Origin: an uncultured Rhodospirillaceae bacterium
Lineage (GTDB): Bacteria > Pseudomonadota > Alphaproteobacteria > UBA2966
Direction: 5' to 3'
Length of the DNA: 64,000 nt
Assembly (NCBI GenBank): GCA_964528595.1
Contig: CAZGTM010000008.1
Coordinates: forward strand, 1,133-65,132
The notes beneath the pieces were generated by a model. The model saw only the letters and a program-made list of their open reading frames with translations, did no database searches and was not told where the DNA came from. A program made the position numbers and the translations under genes. Positions 29,797-39,303 of this stretch are shown here, piece by piece; positions within the stretch are counted from its first letter, which is position 1; each line of letters starts with the position of its first letter.

Positions 29797-30768
29797 TTGG
29801 AGAGTTCTGGAATTTCGATGACGGAAAACCCATCCGCAAGCAGCCAGCAGACAAACACCACCGTCGGCGCCATCGACCCCCAGAAAGCGCGCCTGATGCG
29901 CTGGGCGACTTACGCTTCGGTCAGCGTGGCGACGATCCTCATCGCCATCAAGATGTGGGCCTGGCTGGCGTCTGATTCGGTGGCGCTGCTGAGTTCGCTT
30001 GTCGATTCGATCCTTGATGTCGTGGCATCGATGGTGAGTTTGATCGCGGTGCGTCAAGCGCTGGAACCGGCGGACGACGAGCACCGTTTCGGCCACGGCA
30101 AGGTGGAATCCCTGGCCAGTATGGGCCAGGCGGCCTTCATCGGCGGCTCCGCCGTATTTCTGGTTTTCGAAGCGGGCCACCGGCTGATCCGCCCGCAGCC
30201 CGTCAGTCACGGTGAAATCGGCATCATGGTGATGGTTGTCTCGATCGCACTAACGCTGCTCCTCGTCCTGTTCCAAGGCTATGTCGTGCGCAAAACAGGC
30301 TCCATCGCCGTCTCGGCGGACAGCCTGCATTACCGCAGCGATCTGCTGGTCAACGTCGGCGTTATTGTGGCGCTGCTCGCCGTCATGCTGCTCGACTGGC
30401 AGATCGTCGACGCCTTGGTGGCCTTCGCCATCGCCGGCTACATCCTGCGCGGCGCCTGGACCATCGCCCGGCAGTCGTTCGACATGCTGATGGACCGCGA
30501 ATTTCCCGATGAGGAACGCCGCCGCATCCGCGACATCGTCATGGCGCACGAGGAGGTTTACGAAATGCACGACTTGCGCACCCGCTCCTCGGGCGTGAAC
30601 TCCTTTATTCAGTTGCACCTCGAACTGGACGATGAATTGACGCTGTTGCGGGCCCACGAAATAGCGGACGAAGTGGAGCTCAAAATTCGCATGGCCTATC
30701 CGGGTTCCGACGTTATCATCCATCAGGATCCGCAGGGCGTTCAGGAAGCTCACCGCAGCTACATCTGA
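29797..30768 (+). CDS. Cation diffusion facilitator family divalent-metal efflux transporter (FieF/MMT-like)
   Basis: Six-TM CDF core with HRFGHGKVESLASMGQAAFIGGSAVFL... and a C-terminal cytoplasmic domain. Confidence 0.85.
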   Translation: MESSGISMTENPSASSQQTNTTVGAIDPQKARLMRWATYASVSVATILIAIKMWAWLASDSVALLSSLVDSILDVVASMVSLIAVRQALEPADDEHRFGHGKVESLASMGQAAFIGGSAVFLVFEAGHRLIRPQPVSHGEIGIMVMVVSIALTLLLVLFQGYVVRKTGSIAVSADSLHYRSDLLVNVGVIVALLAVMLLDWQIVDALVAFAIAGYILRGAWTIARQSFDMLMDREFPDEERRRIRDIVMAHEEVYEMHDLRTRSSGVNSFIQLHLELDDELTLLRAHEIADEVELKIRMAYPGSDVIIHQDPQGVQEAHRSYI

Positions 30769-30800
30769 GTGTCGGCGGCAAAGCGTAACGGGGTCGTCAG

Positions 30801-32345
30801 ATGATCACGGAAGATCAGACCGAGGTTGTCCGGTTTCTCTCAGACCCCTTGTCGTACGGGACCGGCGCGGACGGCGTTCAGCGCATCGATACGCACGGCG
30901 CCGTCGTATTCCTGACCGGTGATCGCGCCTACAAAATGAAGCGCGCGGTCTATTTCGAATACATGGACTTCTCGACCTTGGCGCGGCGTGAGCGGTTTTG
31001 CCGGGCCGAGGTCGAACTCAATTCCCGCACCGCGCCGGATCTCTACATCGGCGTTGTCGCCGTTACCCGGAGTCCGGAAGGATCTTTCGCTTTGAACGGC
31101 GGGGGCGAGGCCGTCGAGTGGCTCGTCGAAATGCACCGTTTCGAGGAAAGCGGCGTTCTGGACAAAGTGGCCTTGCGCGGCGAATTCGACGATCGTCTGG
31201 CGGCCCAGCTGGCGGAGACGGCCTGCGATTTTCTCGCATTCGCCGAGGTCCACCGGGAAGAGGACGCTTGTGACACGATCGCCGATATCGTCGCGGAAAC
31301 CGCCCGGCTGTTGCCGGAAGGCGTGGGCTCGATGTTTGAAAAGGACGACGTCGACAGATTGACGAGGGCGCAGCGCGGTGCCGTCGAACGCCTGGGGCCT
31401 TCCTTGGAAGCACGCAGGCTCAACGGCTTTGTGCGCCACGGCCACGGTGATTTCCACCTGCGCAATGTTTGTCTGATCGATTGCCGGCCGACGCTGTTCG
31501 ACGCCATCGAGTTTAACGACCGGCTGGCAATTTCGGACGTCCTCTACGACTTGGCGTTCTTGCTGATGGATCTCATCCACCGGAACCTGGGCGCCCAGGC
31601 CAATCTGATCCTCAACCGTTATCTGGAGCGCACCGGCGATTACGTGGGCATCGAGTTGCTGTCGTTGTACCTCTCCGTACGGGCGGGGATACGGGCCTTT
31701 ACCGCGGTTCCCGCCGCCGCCAGCCAAAGCGACCCGGAAGTCGCCGAGCGCGTGCGGGTGGGCGCCAGGGAATATCTCGCCCTGGCCGCCGGTTTCCTCG
31801 AGCGGTCACGGCCAACCCTGGCCGCCGTCGGCGGCTTGTCGGGCAGCGGTAAATCCACCCAGGCCAAGGTTGTGGCACCGCTGCTGCCCGGGTCCGCGGG
31901 CGGTGTTGTCCTGCGTAGTGACGTCATGCGGAAGACCATGTTGGGCAAAGCGGAGACGGAACGGCTCGGTCCCGAAGGGTATTCACGCGAGATGTCCGGC
32001 CGGGTGTACGAGGCTTTGCGCTCGACCGCCGCAAAGCTCCTGGCCGCCGGACATTCCGTCGTGGTCGATGCCGTGCATGCCAACGAGGCGGAGCGCACCG
32101 CCATTGCCGCCGTCGCTGCGGCGGCTGACGCCGATTTTACCGGATTGTGGTTTACGGCGGAGCTCGAGACCATGGCGGCGCGGATCGAAAAACGCACGCA
32201 CGACGCCTCCGACGCCACGGTCGAGGTTTTGCGGCAACAAAGCGGCTACGATTTGGGCGACTTAACCTGGCGTCGAATTTCGACGGACGGCAGCAAAGAA
32301 CAGACATCTCGCCTCGTCAGGGAGGCGCTTGGGCGCGCGTCATGA
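30801..32345 (+). CDS. Bifunctional protein: N-terminal aminoglycoside-phosphotransferase-like kinase fold plus C-terminal P-loop (AAA_33/gluconate-kinase-like) ATP-binding domain
   Basis: N-terminal APH-like region (HGDFHLRNVCLID catalytic loop). C-terminal Walker A GGLSGSGKST. Confidence 0.65.
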   Translation: MITEDQTEVVRFLSDPLSYGTGADGVQRIDTHGAVVFLTGDRAYKMKRAVYFEYMDFSTLARRERFCRAEVELNSRTAPDLYIGVVAVTRSPEGSFALNGGGEAVEWLVEMHRFEESGVLDKVALRGEFDDRLAAQLAETACDFLAFAEVHREEDACDTIADIVAETARLLPEGVGSMFEKDDVDRLTRAQRGAVERLGPSLEARRLNGFVRHGHGDFHLRNVCLIDCRPTLFDAIEFNDRLAISDVLYDLAFLLMDLIHRNLGAQANLILNRYLERTGDYVGIELLSLYLSVRAGIRAFTAVPAAASQSDPEVAERVRVGAREYLALAAGFLERSRPTLAAVGGLSGSGKSTQAKVVAPLLPGSAGGVVLRSDVMRKTMLGKAETERLGPEGYSREMSGRVYEALRSTAAKLLAAGHSVVVDAVHANEAERTAIAAVAAAADADFTGLWFTAELETMAARIEKRTHDASDATVEVLRQQSGYDLGDLTWRRISTDGSKEQTSRLVREALGRAS

Positions 32346-32448
32346 CGTCGCAGCCCCGGCGTAGATTACCGCTTGGCAATTACATGAGACGTCCCAACGT
32401 GTTAAGTATCTAAGGAACGATTGCTGTAGGCAGCAAAGGGAGGCGAAT

Positions 32449-33318
32449 ATGGCGATCAAGACAATCCTTATTCCGATGAGCGGGATGGCCGGGATTTCGG
32501 CGCCGCTGGACGCGGCCTTGACGGTCGGCAGGCGGCTCGGTGCGCATGTCGAAGCGTTGCATGTCGCCATCGATCCACGTGATTCCGTGGCCTATGTCGG
32601 CGAAGGCATGACCAGCGCCATGATCGAGGACGTCATGGCCAGCGCCGAGCGCGAGGCCAACGAAAGGCGCGCCCGCGCCCGCGAACGTTTCGCCGACGCC
32701 TGTACGCGCTGCAGCGTCAGCGAAACTACCACGCCTTCGGCCGACGGCGGTGGCACGGCGCATTTGGAAGAGGTCGTGGGCCGCGAAGAAGATTATGTCG
32801 CCTCACGCGGCCGGTTGGCCGACCTGATCGTTGCCTGCCGTCCGCAGGACGATGACGATGCGGCGCCTTCCGCCACGTTGGAAGCGGCCTTGATGGACAC
32901 CGGCCGACCGGTGCTTGTCGTCCCGGCCGGCGAGACCATAGAGAATTTGGGCAAAACCATCGCCATCGGCTGGAACGGCAGCCCGGAATCGGCGCGCGCG
33001 GTCAGCGCTGCGCTACATTTTCTCGGGGAAGCCGAAACCGTTGTGGTATTGGAGGTGGAGGAAGCCGGTAAACACGGCCCGAGCGCTGAGGATGTGGTCG
33101 AATATCTGGCCTGGCACGGCGTCACCGCTAGCAGCCGGGACGTGCAAAGCGGCGCGGGTTCGGTGGGCGAGAGCCTGCTGGCCGCAGCGGCGGAAGCCGG
33201 CGCCGATATGGTCGTCATGGGCGCCTACACCCACAGCCGCATCCGCCGGCTGATATTCGGCGGCGTGACGGGCGATGTATTGAGGACGGCATCGGTGCCG
33301 GTCTTGATGGCGCACTAG
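32449..33318 (+). CDS. Tandem universal stress protein (UspA family)
   Basis: Two Usp domains. The second ends with the ATP-binding-type motif VVMGAYTHSRIRRLIFGGVTGDVLRTASVPVLMAH. Confidence 0.8.
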   Translation: MAIKTILIPMSGMAGISAPLDAALTVGRRLGAHVEALHVAIDPRDSVAYVGEGMTSAMIEDVMASAEREANERRARARERFADACTRCSVSETTTPSADGGGTAHLEEVVGREEDYVASRGRLADLIVACRPQDDDDAAPSATLEAALMDTGRPVLVVPAGETIENLGKTIAIGWNGSPESARAVSAALHFLGEAETVVVLEVEEAGKHGPSAEDVVEYLAWHGVTASSRDVQSGAGSVGESLLAAAAEAGADMVVMGAYTHSRIRRLIFGGVTGDVLRTASVPVLMAH

Positions 33319-33349
33319 AGCGCCGTCTTTGGAGTGAATTGGTCAACGA

Positions 33350-34090
33350 ATGAATAACGCCGAACGCAGAACCTTAATCCTCACCGGCGCCAGCCGGGGT
33401 ATCGGCCACGCCACGGTCAAGCGCTTCAGCGCCGCCGGCTGGCGGGTCATCACCTGCTCGCGCCAGGAATTTTCCGAAAACTGCCCCTGGGAAGCGGGGC
33501 CCGAGGATCACGTCGTCATCGACCTATCGAGCATGGAAAATCTGGCCAAGGGCGTGGAAACTCTGAAGGAACGCCTCAACGGCGGGCCATTGCATGCCCT
33601 GGTCAACAACGCGGCGATTTCGCCGAAAGGTCCGAACGGTGAACGCCTCGACTGCCTCAATTCCGAAATGATTCTCTGGCGGGACGTCTTTCACGTCAAT
33701 TTCTACGCCCCCATCGTGTTGGCCCGCGGCTTGTTCGAGGAACTGAAGGCCGGCCAGGGCAGCATCCTCAACGTTACGTCCATCGCGGGCAGCCGCGTCC
33801 ATCCCTTTGCCGGGGCGGCCTATTCGACCTCCAAGGCAGCGTTGGCGTCATTGACCCGCGAAATGGCGGCTGATTTCGGCCCGCACGGCGTGCGCGTCAA
33901 CGCCATCTCGCCGGGCGAAATCGAGACGGCGATGATCGGACCGGAATACCAGGCGCTGGCCGACGAAATCCCCATGCACCGGCTGGGCCGGCCGGAAGAG
34001 GTCGCCTCCATGATCTACGTGTTGTGTTCCGAGCAGTCGTCCTACGTCAACGGATCCGAAATCCACATCAACGGCGGCCAGCACGTTTGA
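33350..34090 (+). CDS. SDR family NAD(P)-dependent oxidoreductase
   Basis: TGASRGIG cofactor motif. The YSTSK catalytic motif. PGEIETAM. Confidence 0.85.
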   Translation: MNNAERRTLILTGASRGIGHATVKRFSAAGWRVITCSRQEFSENCPWEAGPEDHVVIDLSSMENLAKGVETLKERLNGGPLHALVNNAAISPKGPNGERLDCLNSEMILWRDVFHVNFYAPIVLARGLFEELKAGQGSILNVTSIAGSRVHPFAGAAYSTSKAALASLTREMAADFGPHGVRVNAISPGEIETAMIGPEYQALADEIPMHRLGRPEEVASMIYVLCSEQSSYVNGSEIHINGGQHV

Positions 34091-34264
34091 CCGCCGGAGA
34101 AATCGGCGTGGTTTCCCTTGATTTAGGCGGCTCCTTGTATCCGCCGGACCCATGCAATTTCTGCGGATTTGAATTGCAAAAAAATCACACGTCGTAATTC
34201 CGAATTAGGCCTATATGGGGCTCAAGACATTACTTGTTCTGGCTCATTTCAGAGGAGACCCATC

Positions 34265-34501
34265 ATGGCCGGTCAGAATGAAATCAACCCGGTAACGCCT
34301 TTCTCCGGATTTGTCGTGACCACCAGTGAAATCATTGCCCCCGTAGCGAGCTCGATCGCCAACGGTTTGATTTACCTATCCGGAAAGGTCACCGAATATC
34401 TTAACCGCGACCATGCCATGAGTGCACCGGCGCCCGCGCCGCACGTCTCCCTGGTCGTCACCCCCGGCAATTTTGTGACGGACGCGTTTACGCGCCGCTA
34501 G
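34265..34501 (+). CDS. Hypothetical small protein (78 aa), no recognisable family
   Basis: ATG 34265 is preceded by GAGGAGACC at ideal spacing. The ORF is followed 20 nt later by a canonical terminator. The longer ORF from 34169 lacks an RBS. Confidence 0.45.
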   Translation: MAGQNEINPVTPFSGFVVTTSEIIAPVASSIANGLIYLSGKVTEYLNRDHAMSAPAPAPHVSLVVTPGNFVTDAFTRR

Positions 34502-34521
34502 ATAGTCGCAAATCGAAAGAA

Positions 34522-34552
34522 AAGCCCGCTGTTTCAGCGGGCTTTTTATTTG
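34522..34552. terminator. Bidirectional rho-independent terminator
   Basis: AAGCCCGCTG-tttc-CAGCGGGCTT stem followed by TTTTATTT on the plus strand. Lies between convergent genes (orphan ORF and ABC permease). Confidence 0.8.
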
Positions 34553-34571
34553 GGAGTGGCCTCAGGCCCGA

Positions 34572-35423
34572 TCAGCCGGGCGTGAGACCGCGAAGACGTT
34601 CGTTGCGACGGCGCAGCAGTTCAAGCGTCGTCAAAAGGGCAATGGAAATCATCACCAAGATCGTCGCCACCGCCAGGATGGTCGGACTGATCTGTTCACG
34701 AATGCCGGCCCACATCTGGCGCGGAATGGTGCGTTGTTCAAAGCCCGCCAGGAACAGCACCACGACAACCTCGTCGAACGATGTGATGAAGGCAAACAAA
34801 GCGCCGGAAATCACGCCCGGCAAGATCAGCGGCATGGTGATCTTAAAGAACGACGTTGTCGGGTTGGCGCCGAGATTGGCGGCCGCCCGGGTCAGGGAAT
34901 TGTCAAAGCCGATCAGGGTGGCCGTTACGGTGATCACCACGAACGGCGTGCCCAGGACCGTGTGCGCCAGGATAATGCCCAGGAAGGATTGGTCCAGGCC
35001 GATGCTGGAATAGAAGAAATACATGCCGGCGGCCGAAATGATCAGCGGCACGATCATCGGCGAAATCAGCACGCCCATGGTCAGCGCCCGATACGGCATA
35101 TGCGGTTTGCTCAAACCCAAAGCTGCCAGCGTGCCGAAAAAGGTCGCCAGGATGGTCGAGGCGATGGCGATGATGAAACTGTTCTTGACCGAATGGGTCC
35201 ACTGGGTGTTGGTGACGAAGTCCTCGTACCAGCGCAGGGAGTAGGCATCGGGATCGAACGAAAGCATGCCTTGGGTAAAGGTGAAGTAGGGCTCCACGTT
35301 GAAGCTGAGCGGGATGATGATCAGGATGGGCGTGATCAGAAACACGAATATGCAGGCGCAAATGAAGCGGAACGTGTAATACCACGTCGTCTCGAGGGGC
35401 CCTGCGTAACTTGGTAATGCCAT
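34572..35423 (-). CDS. ABC transporter permease (PotC/PotI-like, polyamine-type)
   Basis: 283 aa. EAA-like loop region AAANLGANPTTSFFKITMPLILPGVISGALFAF. Confidence 0.85.
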   Translation of the reverse strand: MALPSYAGPLETTWYYTFRFICACIFVFLITPILIIIPLSFNVEPYFTFTQGMLSFDPDAYSLRWYEDFVTNTQWTHSVKNSFIIAIASTILATFFGTLAALGLSKPHMPYRALTMGVLISPMIVPLIISAAGMYFFYSSIGLDQSFLGIILAHTVLGTPFVVITVTATLIGFDNSLTRAAANLGANPTTSFFKITMPLILPGVISGALFAFITSFDEVVVVLFLAGFEQRTIPRQMWAGIREQISPTILAVATILVMISIALLTTLELLRRRNERLRGLTPG

Positions 35424-35427
35424 GGCT

Positions 35428-36693
35428 CTATCCCAACCGCATGTTGTCGACGCCGACGATCTTGTTGTAAATCAGATACAGCGCCAGCACCGAGAACAGC
35501 AGCAGGGCACCCAGAGCTCCCGCCAAACCCCAGTTCAGGGAAGACTGCATGTGATAGGCGATCTGGTTCGAGATCAAAGTGCCGTCCGTGCCGCCGACCA
35601 GGGCCGGCGTGATGTAATAACCGATCGACAGAATGAAGACGAGAATGCTGCCGGCGCCGATGCCCGACAAAGTTTGCGGCACGTAGACCCGGATAAAGGC
35701 GACCACCGGGTTGGCGCCCAACGACAGTGCCGCCCGCATGTAACTCGGCGGGATCGTCTTCATCACGCTGAACAGTGGCAAGACCATGAAGGGCAGCAGA
35801 ATGTGCGTCATGGCGATAACCGTACCGGTGAGATTATGTATCAGCTGCAGCCTGTTTTCGTCGCCCACCAATCCAAAGAAAACAAACAGGTCGTTTAGAA
35901 CGCCCTGGGATTGAAGCATGGCGATCCAGGCGGTAGTGCGCACCAGCAGCGAGGTCCAGAACGGCAGCAGCACGAAGATCATCAGCAGGTTCGAATAGCG
36001 CACCGGCAAGGTCGCCAGCAAATAGGAAATCGGGTAGGCGAGCACGACGCAGATCAGCGTTATGGCAAGACTGATGGCGAACGTGCGCATGAACAGCATG
36101 CCGTAAATCCGGCGTTTTTCTGGCTGCATCACGATATCGCCGGTGGTGTTGTCGTATTTCATGTCCACCGCGTTGAGATAATAGCCGATCGTGTAGGGGG
36201 CCGTGTTGCGCTTGATGACCGTCCAGGTTTCCACTTCCTTCCACTTGCGGTGCATTTTCAGCACGATGGGCTTGTAGGGGCCTTCCTTGACTTTTTTGGA
36301 TTTGCGGGCGGAGCCGGTAATCATGCCGCGAAGACCGGATTTCTCATAATTCAGCCGCGTCGCCACCTTGCCGATCTCACGGGACTTGGCCCCGGCCTGC
36401 AGGTCCTGGATCAGGGCCGCGAAAACCGGCTCCTCCGGCAGGTCCTTGCCGTCCCAGTCCTTCAGCGCTTCGGTGGTTTTGGGCATCAAGGTGCTGACAT
36501 GCCAGTTATCGACGCTGCGCATGGTCATATCGAAGATGGGAATGAGGAAAGAAAAAAGAATAAATATGAATAGAGGGGCCACCAGAAGCAGGGCACGCAC
36601 CCGGCTTCGGCGCATGGCTTTGTTCAGGCTGGCTTTCAGGGGCCGGCCGTCGGCCGCAAGGACAACTCCGTTTGCCGTCGTATCTTCAGCCAT
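35428..36693 (-). CDS. ABC transporter permease (PotB/PotH-like, long form)
   Basis: 421 aa. LSLGANPVVAFIRVYVPQTLSGIGAGSILVF permease signature. 4-nt gap to the downstream permease. Confidence 0.85.
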   Translation of the reverse strand: MAEDTTANGVVLAADGRPLKASLNKAMRRSRVRALLLVAPLFIFILFSFLIPIFDMTMRSVDNWHVSTLMPKTTEALKDWDGKDLPEEPVFAALIQDLQAGAKSREIGKVATRLNYEKSGLRGMITGSARKSKKVKEGPYKPIVLKMHRKWKEVETWTVIKRNTAPYTIGYYLNAVDMKYDNTTGDIVMQPEKRRIYGMLFMRTFAISLAITLICVVLAYPISYLLATLPVRYSNLLMIFVLLPFWTSLLVRTTAWIAMLQSQGVLNDLFVFFGLVGDENRLQLIHNLTGTVIAMTHILLPFMVLPLFSVMKTIPPSYMRAALSLGANPVVAFIRVYVPQTLSGIGAGSILVFILSIGYYITPALVGGTDGTLISNQIAYHMQSSLNWGLAGALGALLLFSVLALYLIYNKIVGVDNMRLG

Positions 36694-36794
36694 TCAATTC
36701 CCCATCGAAATAAAGCGCGCCGGACGTCGTTGGAAATTTCTTGTTGGTTGGATTGCGGGGCAGGCGAACCTGCCCCGCGCACCAATGTCGAGCC

Positions 36795-37898
36795 TTACTT
36801 CAGCAACCAAGCTGCGAAACGTTCATTCATTTCGTCAGCATTGTCCGCCCACCAGGAGAAATTGGTGAGGAAACCCTGATCGGCATATTTGGTCGGCATG
36901 TGCGGTCCCATTTCGATGCCGAGAGTGGCATGCTTGGAAACCATCGGACCGGAGGACTTGCGGGCCGGGCCGTAGGAAATGAACTTGGCCTGATCGGCCA
37001 GACGCTGTGTGTCGGTCGCGAATTTCACGAACTTCATCACGGCGTCGATGTTCTTACCCTTGGCGGAAACCGCCCAGCCATCGATGTCCAGGACCTGACC
37101 GTCCCAGAGCATGGAGAAAGGCTGCTTTTCCTCGGCGATGGCGGAGAACCAACGACCGTTGTAGCCCGTGCCGAACACGGCTTCGCCGTCGGCCAGCAAC
37201 TGCGGGGGAACGGCGCCTTCCGTCCACCAGATCACGTCCTTCTTGATGGTCGCAAGTTTGTCGAACGCGCGGTCCTTGCCTTCGTCGGTGTCCAGAACGT
37301 CATAGATCTTGCTCAGCGGAACGCCGTCTGCGATCAGCGCCCATTCGAGGTTGTTAATCGGTTTTTTCTGCAGGGTGCGCTTACCCGGGAAGTTCTTGGT
37401 ATCGAACACGTCAGCCATGGTTTTGGGCTGCTTGCCGCCCCAGGCATCGCTGCGATAAGCAAAAACGGTCGAGTAAATGATCTGCGGAACGAAGCATTCC
37501 GAAAGCAGCGTGCCTTCAAGGAAATCCTTGGAAGCAGGGGTGCCGTCGGGCGCCTTTGCCATTTCCATGTCGATATCGATCGGACGGAACATGCCTTCGT
37601 CACAGCCGGTGATGGCGTCGGACAGAACCACGTCGACCAGATCCCAGGTGACGTTTCCGGCTTCCGTCTGGGCACGCATTTCGGCCAGACCGCCGCTGTA
37701 ATCAATGGAATTGATCTTCACGTCGGGGTTCTTTTTCATGTACGGCTTGTGATAGGCGTTCATTTGGCTGGCCGTGTAGGCGCCGCCCCATGAAACGACA
37801 TTCAGGTCGACAGCCTGGGCCGTCGTCGCCAGACCGGCAAAGGCAATGCCCGCGACTGCAAGAGTTGATAATTTCAGCAACTTACTCATTTGATACAT
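36795..37898 (-). CDS. ABC transporter periplasmic substrate-binding protein (PotD/PotF-like, polyamine-type)
   Basis: Signal peptide MSKLLKLSTLAVAGIAFAGLATTAQA. Family-1 SBP fold with SWGGAYTASQ. Confidence 0.8.
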   Translation of the reverse strand: MYQMSKLLKLSTLAVAGIAFAGLATTAQAVDLNVVSWGGAYTASQMNAYHKPYMKKNPDVKINSIDYSGGLAEMRAQTEAGNVTWDLVDVVLSDAITGCDEGMFRPIDIDMEMAKAPDGTPASKDFLEGTLLSECFVPQIIYSTVFAYRSDAWGGKQPKTMADVFDTKNFPGKRTLQKKPINNLEWALIADGVPLSKIYDVLDTDEGKDRAFDKLATIKKDVIWWTEGAVPPQLLADGEAVFGTGYNGRWFSAIAEEKQPFSMLWDGQVLDIDGWAVSAKGKNIDAVMKFVKFATDTQRLADQAKFISYGPARKSSGPMVSKHATLGIEMGPHMPTKYADQGFLTNFSWWADNADEMNERFAAWLLK

Positions 37899-37991
37899 CC
37901 TCCTTGTTGGTATCGGTATTTTTGTTAAGCGTTCTACTATCCTTGTCTGCCGAGCTTGGTGACGCGGACCAAGCCCTCTATCCGTTGACGG

Positions 37992-39098
37992 CTACGCGTC
38001 CAGTGCCCGGCAATCGTCGGCTTCCCAGCCGATTTGCGTGACCTCCCCTTCCTTGAGGTGAACATGGCCGTGAGAGTTTGGAACCTTCACGATGAATTCG
38101 TCGTTGCCGGAAAGACTGACCCGGCTGCGAATGTGGTCTCCCAGATAAATAAGCTCCACCACCTTCGCTTCCAGCGAGTTGGCTGAACTTTCCTTGGCCG
38201 CCCCGATGGTGGTGCGTTCCGGGCGGAGCGATAATGTCGTCCGCGATCCGACTCCGTCGATATTCACGGCAAGCGCTTTGACCATGCCGCCGCCGCCTTC
38301 CAGCTCCACTTGGCAATAGTCCCCGTTGACTTCCTTCACCTCGCCGTAAAGTCGGTTGTTCTCGCCTATGAAGCCGGCGACGAACGCATTCAGAGGTTTT
38401 TCATAAAGCTCATCGGGTGGCGCCAGTTGCTGGACGATGCCGTCATCGAACACCGCGATGCGGTTGGACATGGTCAGCGCTTCCGACTGATCGTGGGTAA
38501 CGTAGACCATGGTGACCTGCAGGTTCTCGTGGATATGCTTGATCTCGTACTGCATTTCCTCGCGCAGGTTCTTGTCCAGGGCGCCGAGCGGTTCATCCAT
38601 CAACACCAGGCTGGGTTCGAACACCAGGGCCCGGGACACGGCGACGCGCTGCTGCTGACCGCCCGACAATTGCGCCGGTCGGCGGTCGCCAAAGCCGCCG
38701 AGACGCACCATGTCGAGCGCCCGGTTGACCTTTTCGCTGACCTCGGATTTGCCCATGCCGCGCACTTCCAGGGGGAAGGCGAGGTTTTCGGCCACCGTCA
38801 TGTGGGGGAACAGCGCGTAATTTTGGAAGACCATGCCGATGCCGCGCTTGTGCGGGGGCACGTTATTGATGGGGACGCCTTCCAGGTAAATTTCGCCGTG
38901 GGTGGCCGGTTCGAAGCCCGCCAACATCATCAGGCAGGTTGTCTTCCCTGAGCCGGATGGGCCGAGCATCGTGACAAACTCGCCTTTTGCCACATCCAGA
39001 TTGAAATCTTTTACGACAAGCGTTTCACCATCGTAACTCTTTTGCACTGATTCAAAACGAACCAGTGGCTCCGACCCGTCAGACATTAATTCCACCAT
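37992..39098 (-). CDS. ABC transporter ATP-binding protein (PotA-like)
   Basis: Walker A GPSGSGKTT, the signature LSGGQQQRVAVSRAL, Walker B LVLMDEPLGALD, and a C-terminal TOBE-like regulatory domain. Confidence 0.9.
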   Translation of the reverse strand: MVELMSDGSEPLVRFESVQKSYDGETLVVKDFNLDVAKGEFVTMLGPSGSGKTTCLMMLAGFEPATHGEIYLEGVPINNVPPHKRGIGMVFQNYALFPHMTVAENLAFPLEVRGMGKSEVSEKVNRALDMVRLGGFGDRRPAQLSGGQQQRVAVSRALVFEPSLVLMDEPLGALDKNLREEMQYEIKHIHENLQVTMVYVTHDQSEALTMSNRIAVFDDGIVQQLAPPDELYEKPLNAFVAGFIGENNRLYGEVKEVNGDYCQVELEGGGGMVKALAVNIDGVGSRTTLSLRPERTTIGAAKESSANSLEAKVVELIYLGDHIRSRVSLSGNDEFIVKVPNSHGHVHLKEGEVTQIGWEADDCRALDA

Positions 39099-39303
39099 CC
39101 CCGCTATGTCATTTGGCCTGACTTTGTTGCCAGTGCCGGCTTTTTATTTTGTTCAATTAAACCTAACACGGAAAATTCTTCAAACAGAACCGAGAATATC
39201 GAATATTTCCTGTGCCTGGCTCAAATTGGCTAGGTTGGAGCCTAACACCGGTTTTGATCTTGATTTTGTCTCAGGAGCGACAGGTTCGGAGCCAAATGCG
39301 CAT

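Noticed and set aside
34169-34264. Longer start (MNCKKITRRNSELG...) for the small orphan ORF
   Set aside because: The upstream 32 codons lack an RBS and include an inverted repeat that looks regulatory. The internal ATG 34265 has a perfect GAGGAG RBS.
39106-39303. N-terminal 66-codon extension of the ClpP-like membrane protein, starting 7 nt from the divergent ABC ATPase start
   Set aside because: It would leave no promoter space between divergent genes. The extension is not hydrophobic or structured, whereas Met 39304 is followed directly by TM helices.
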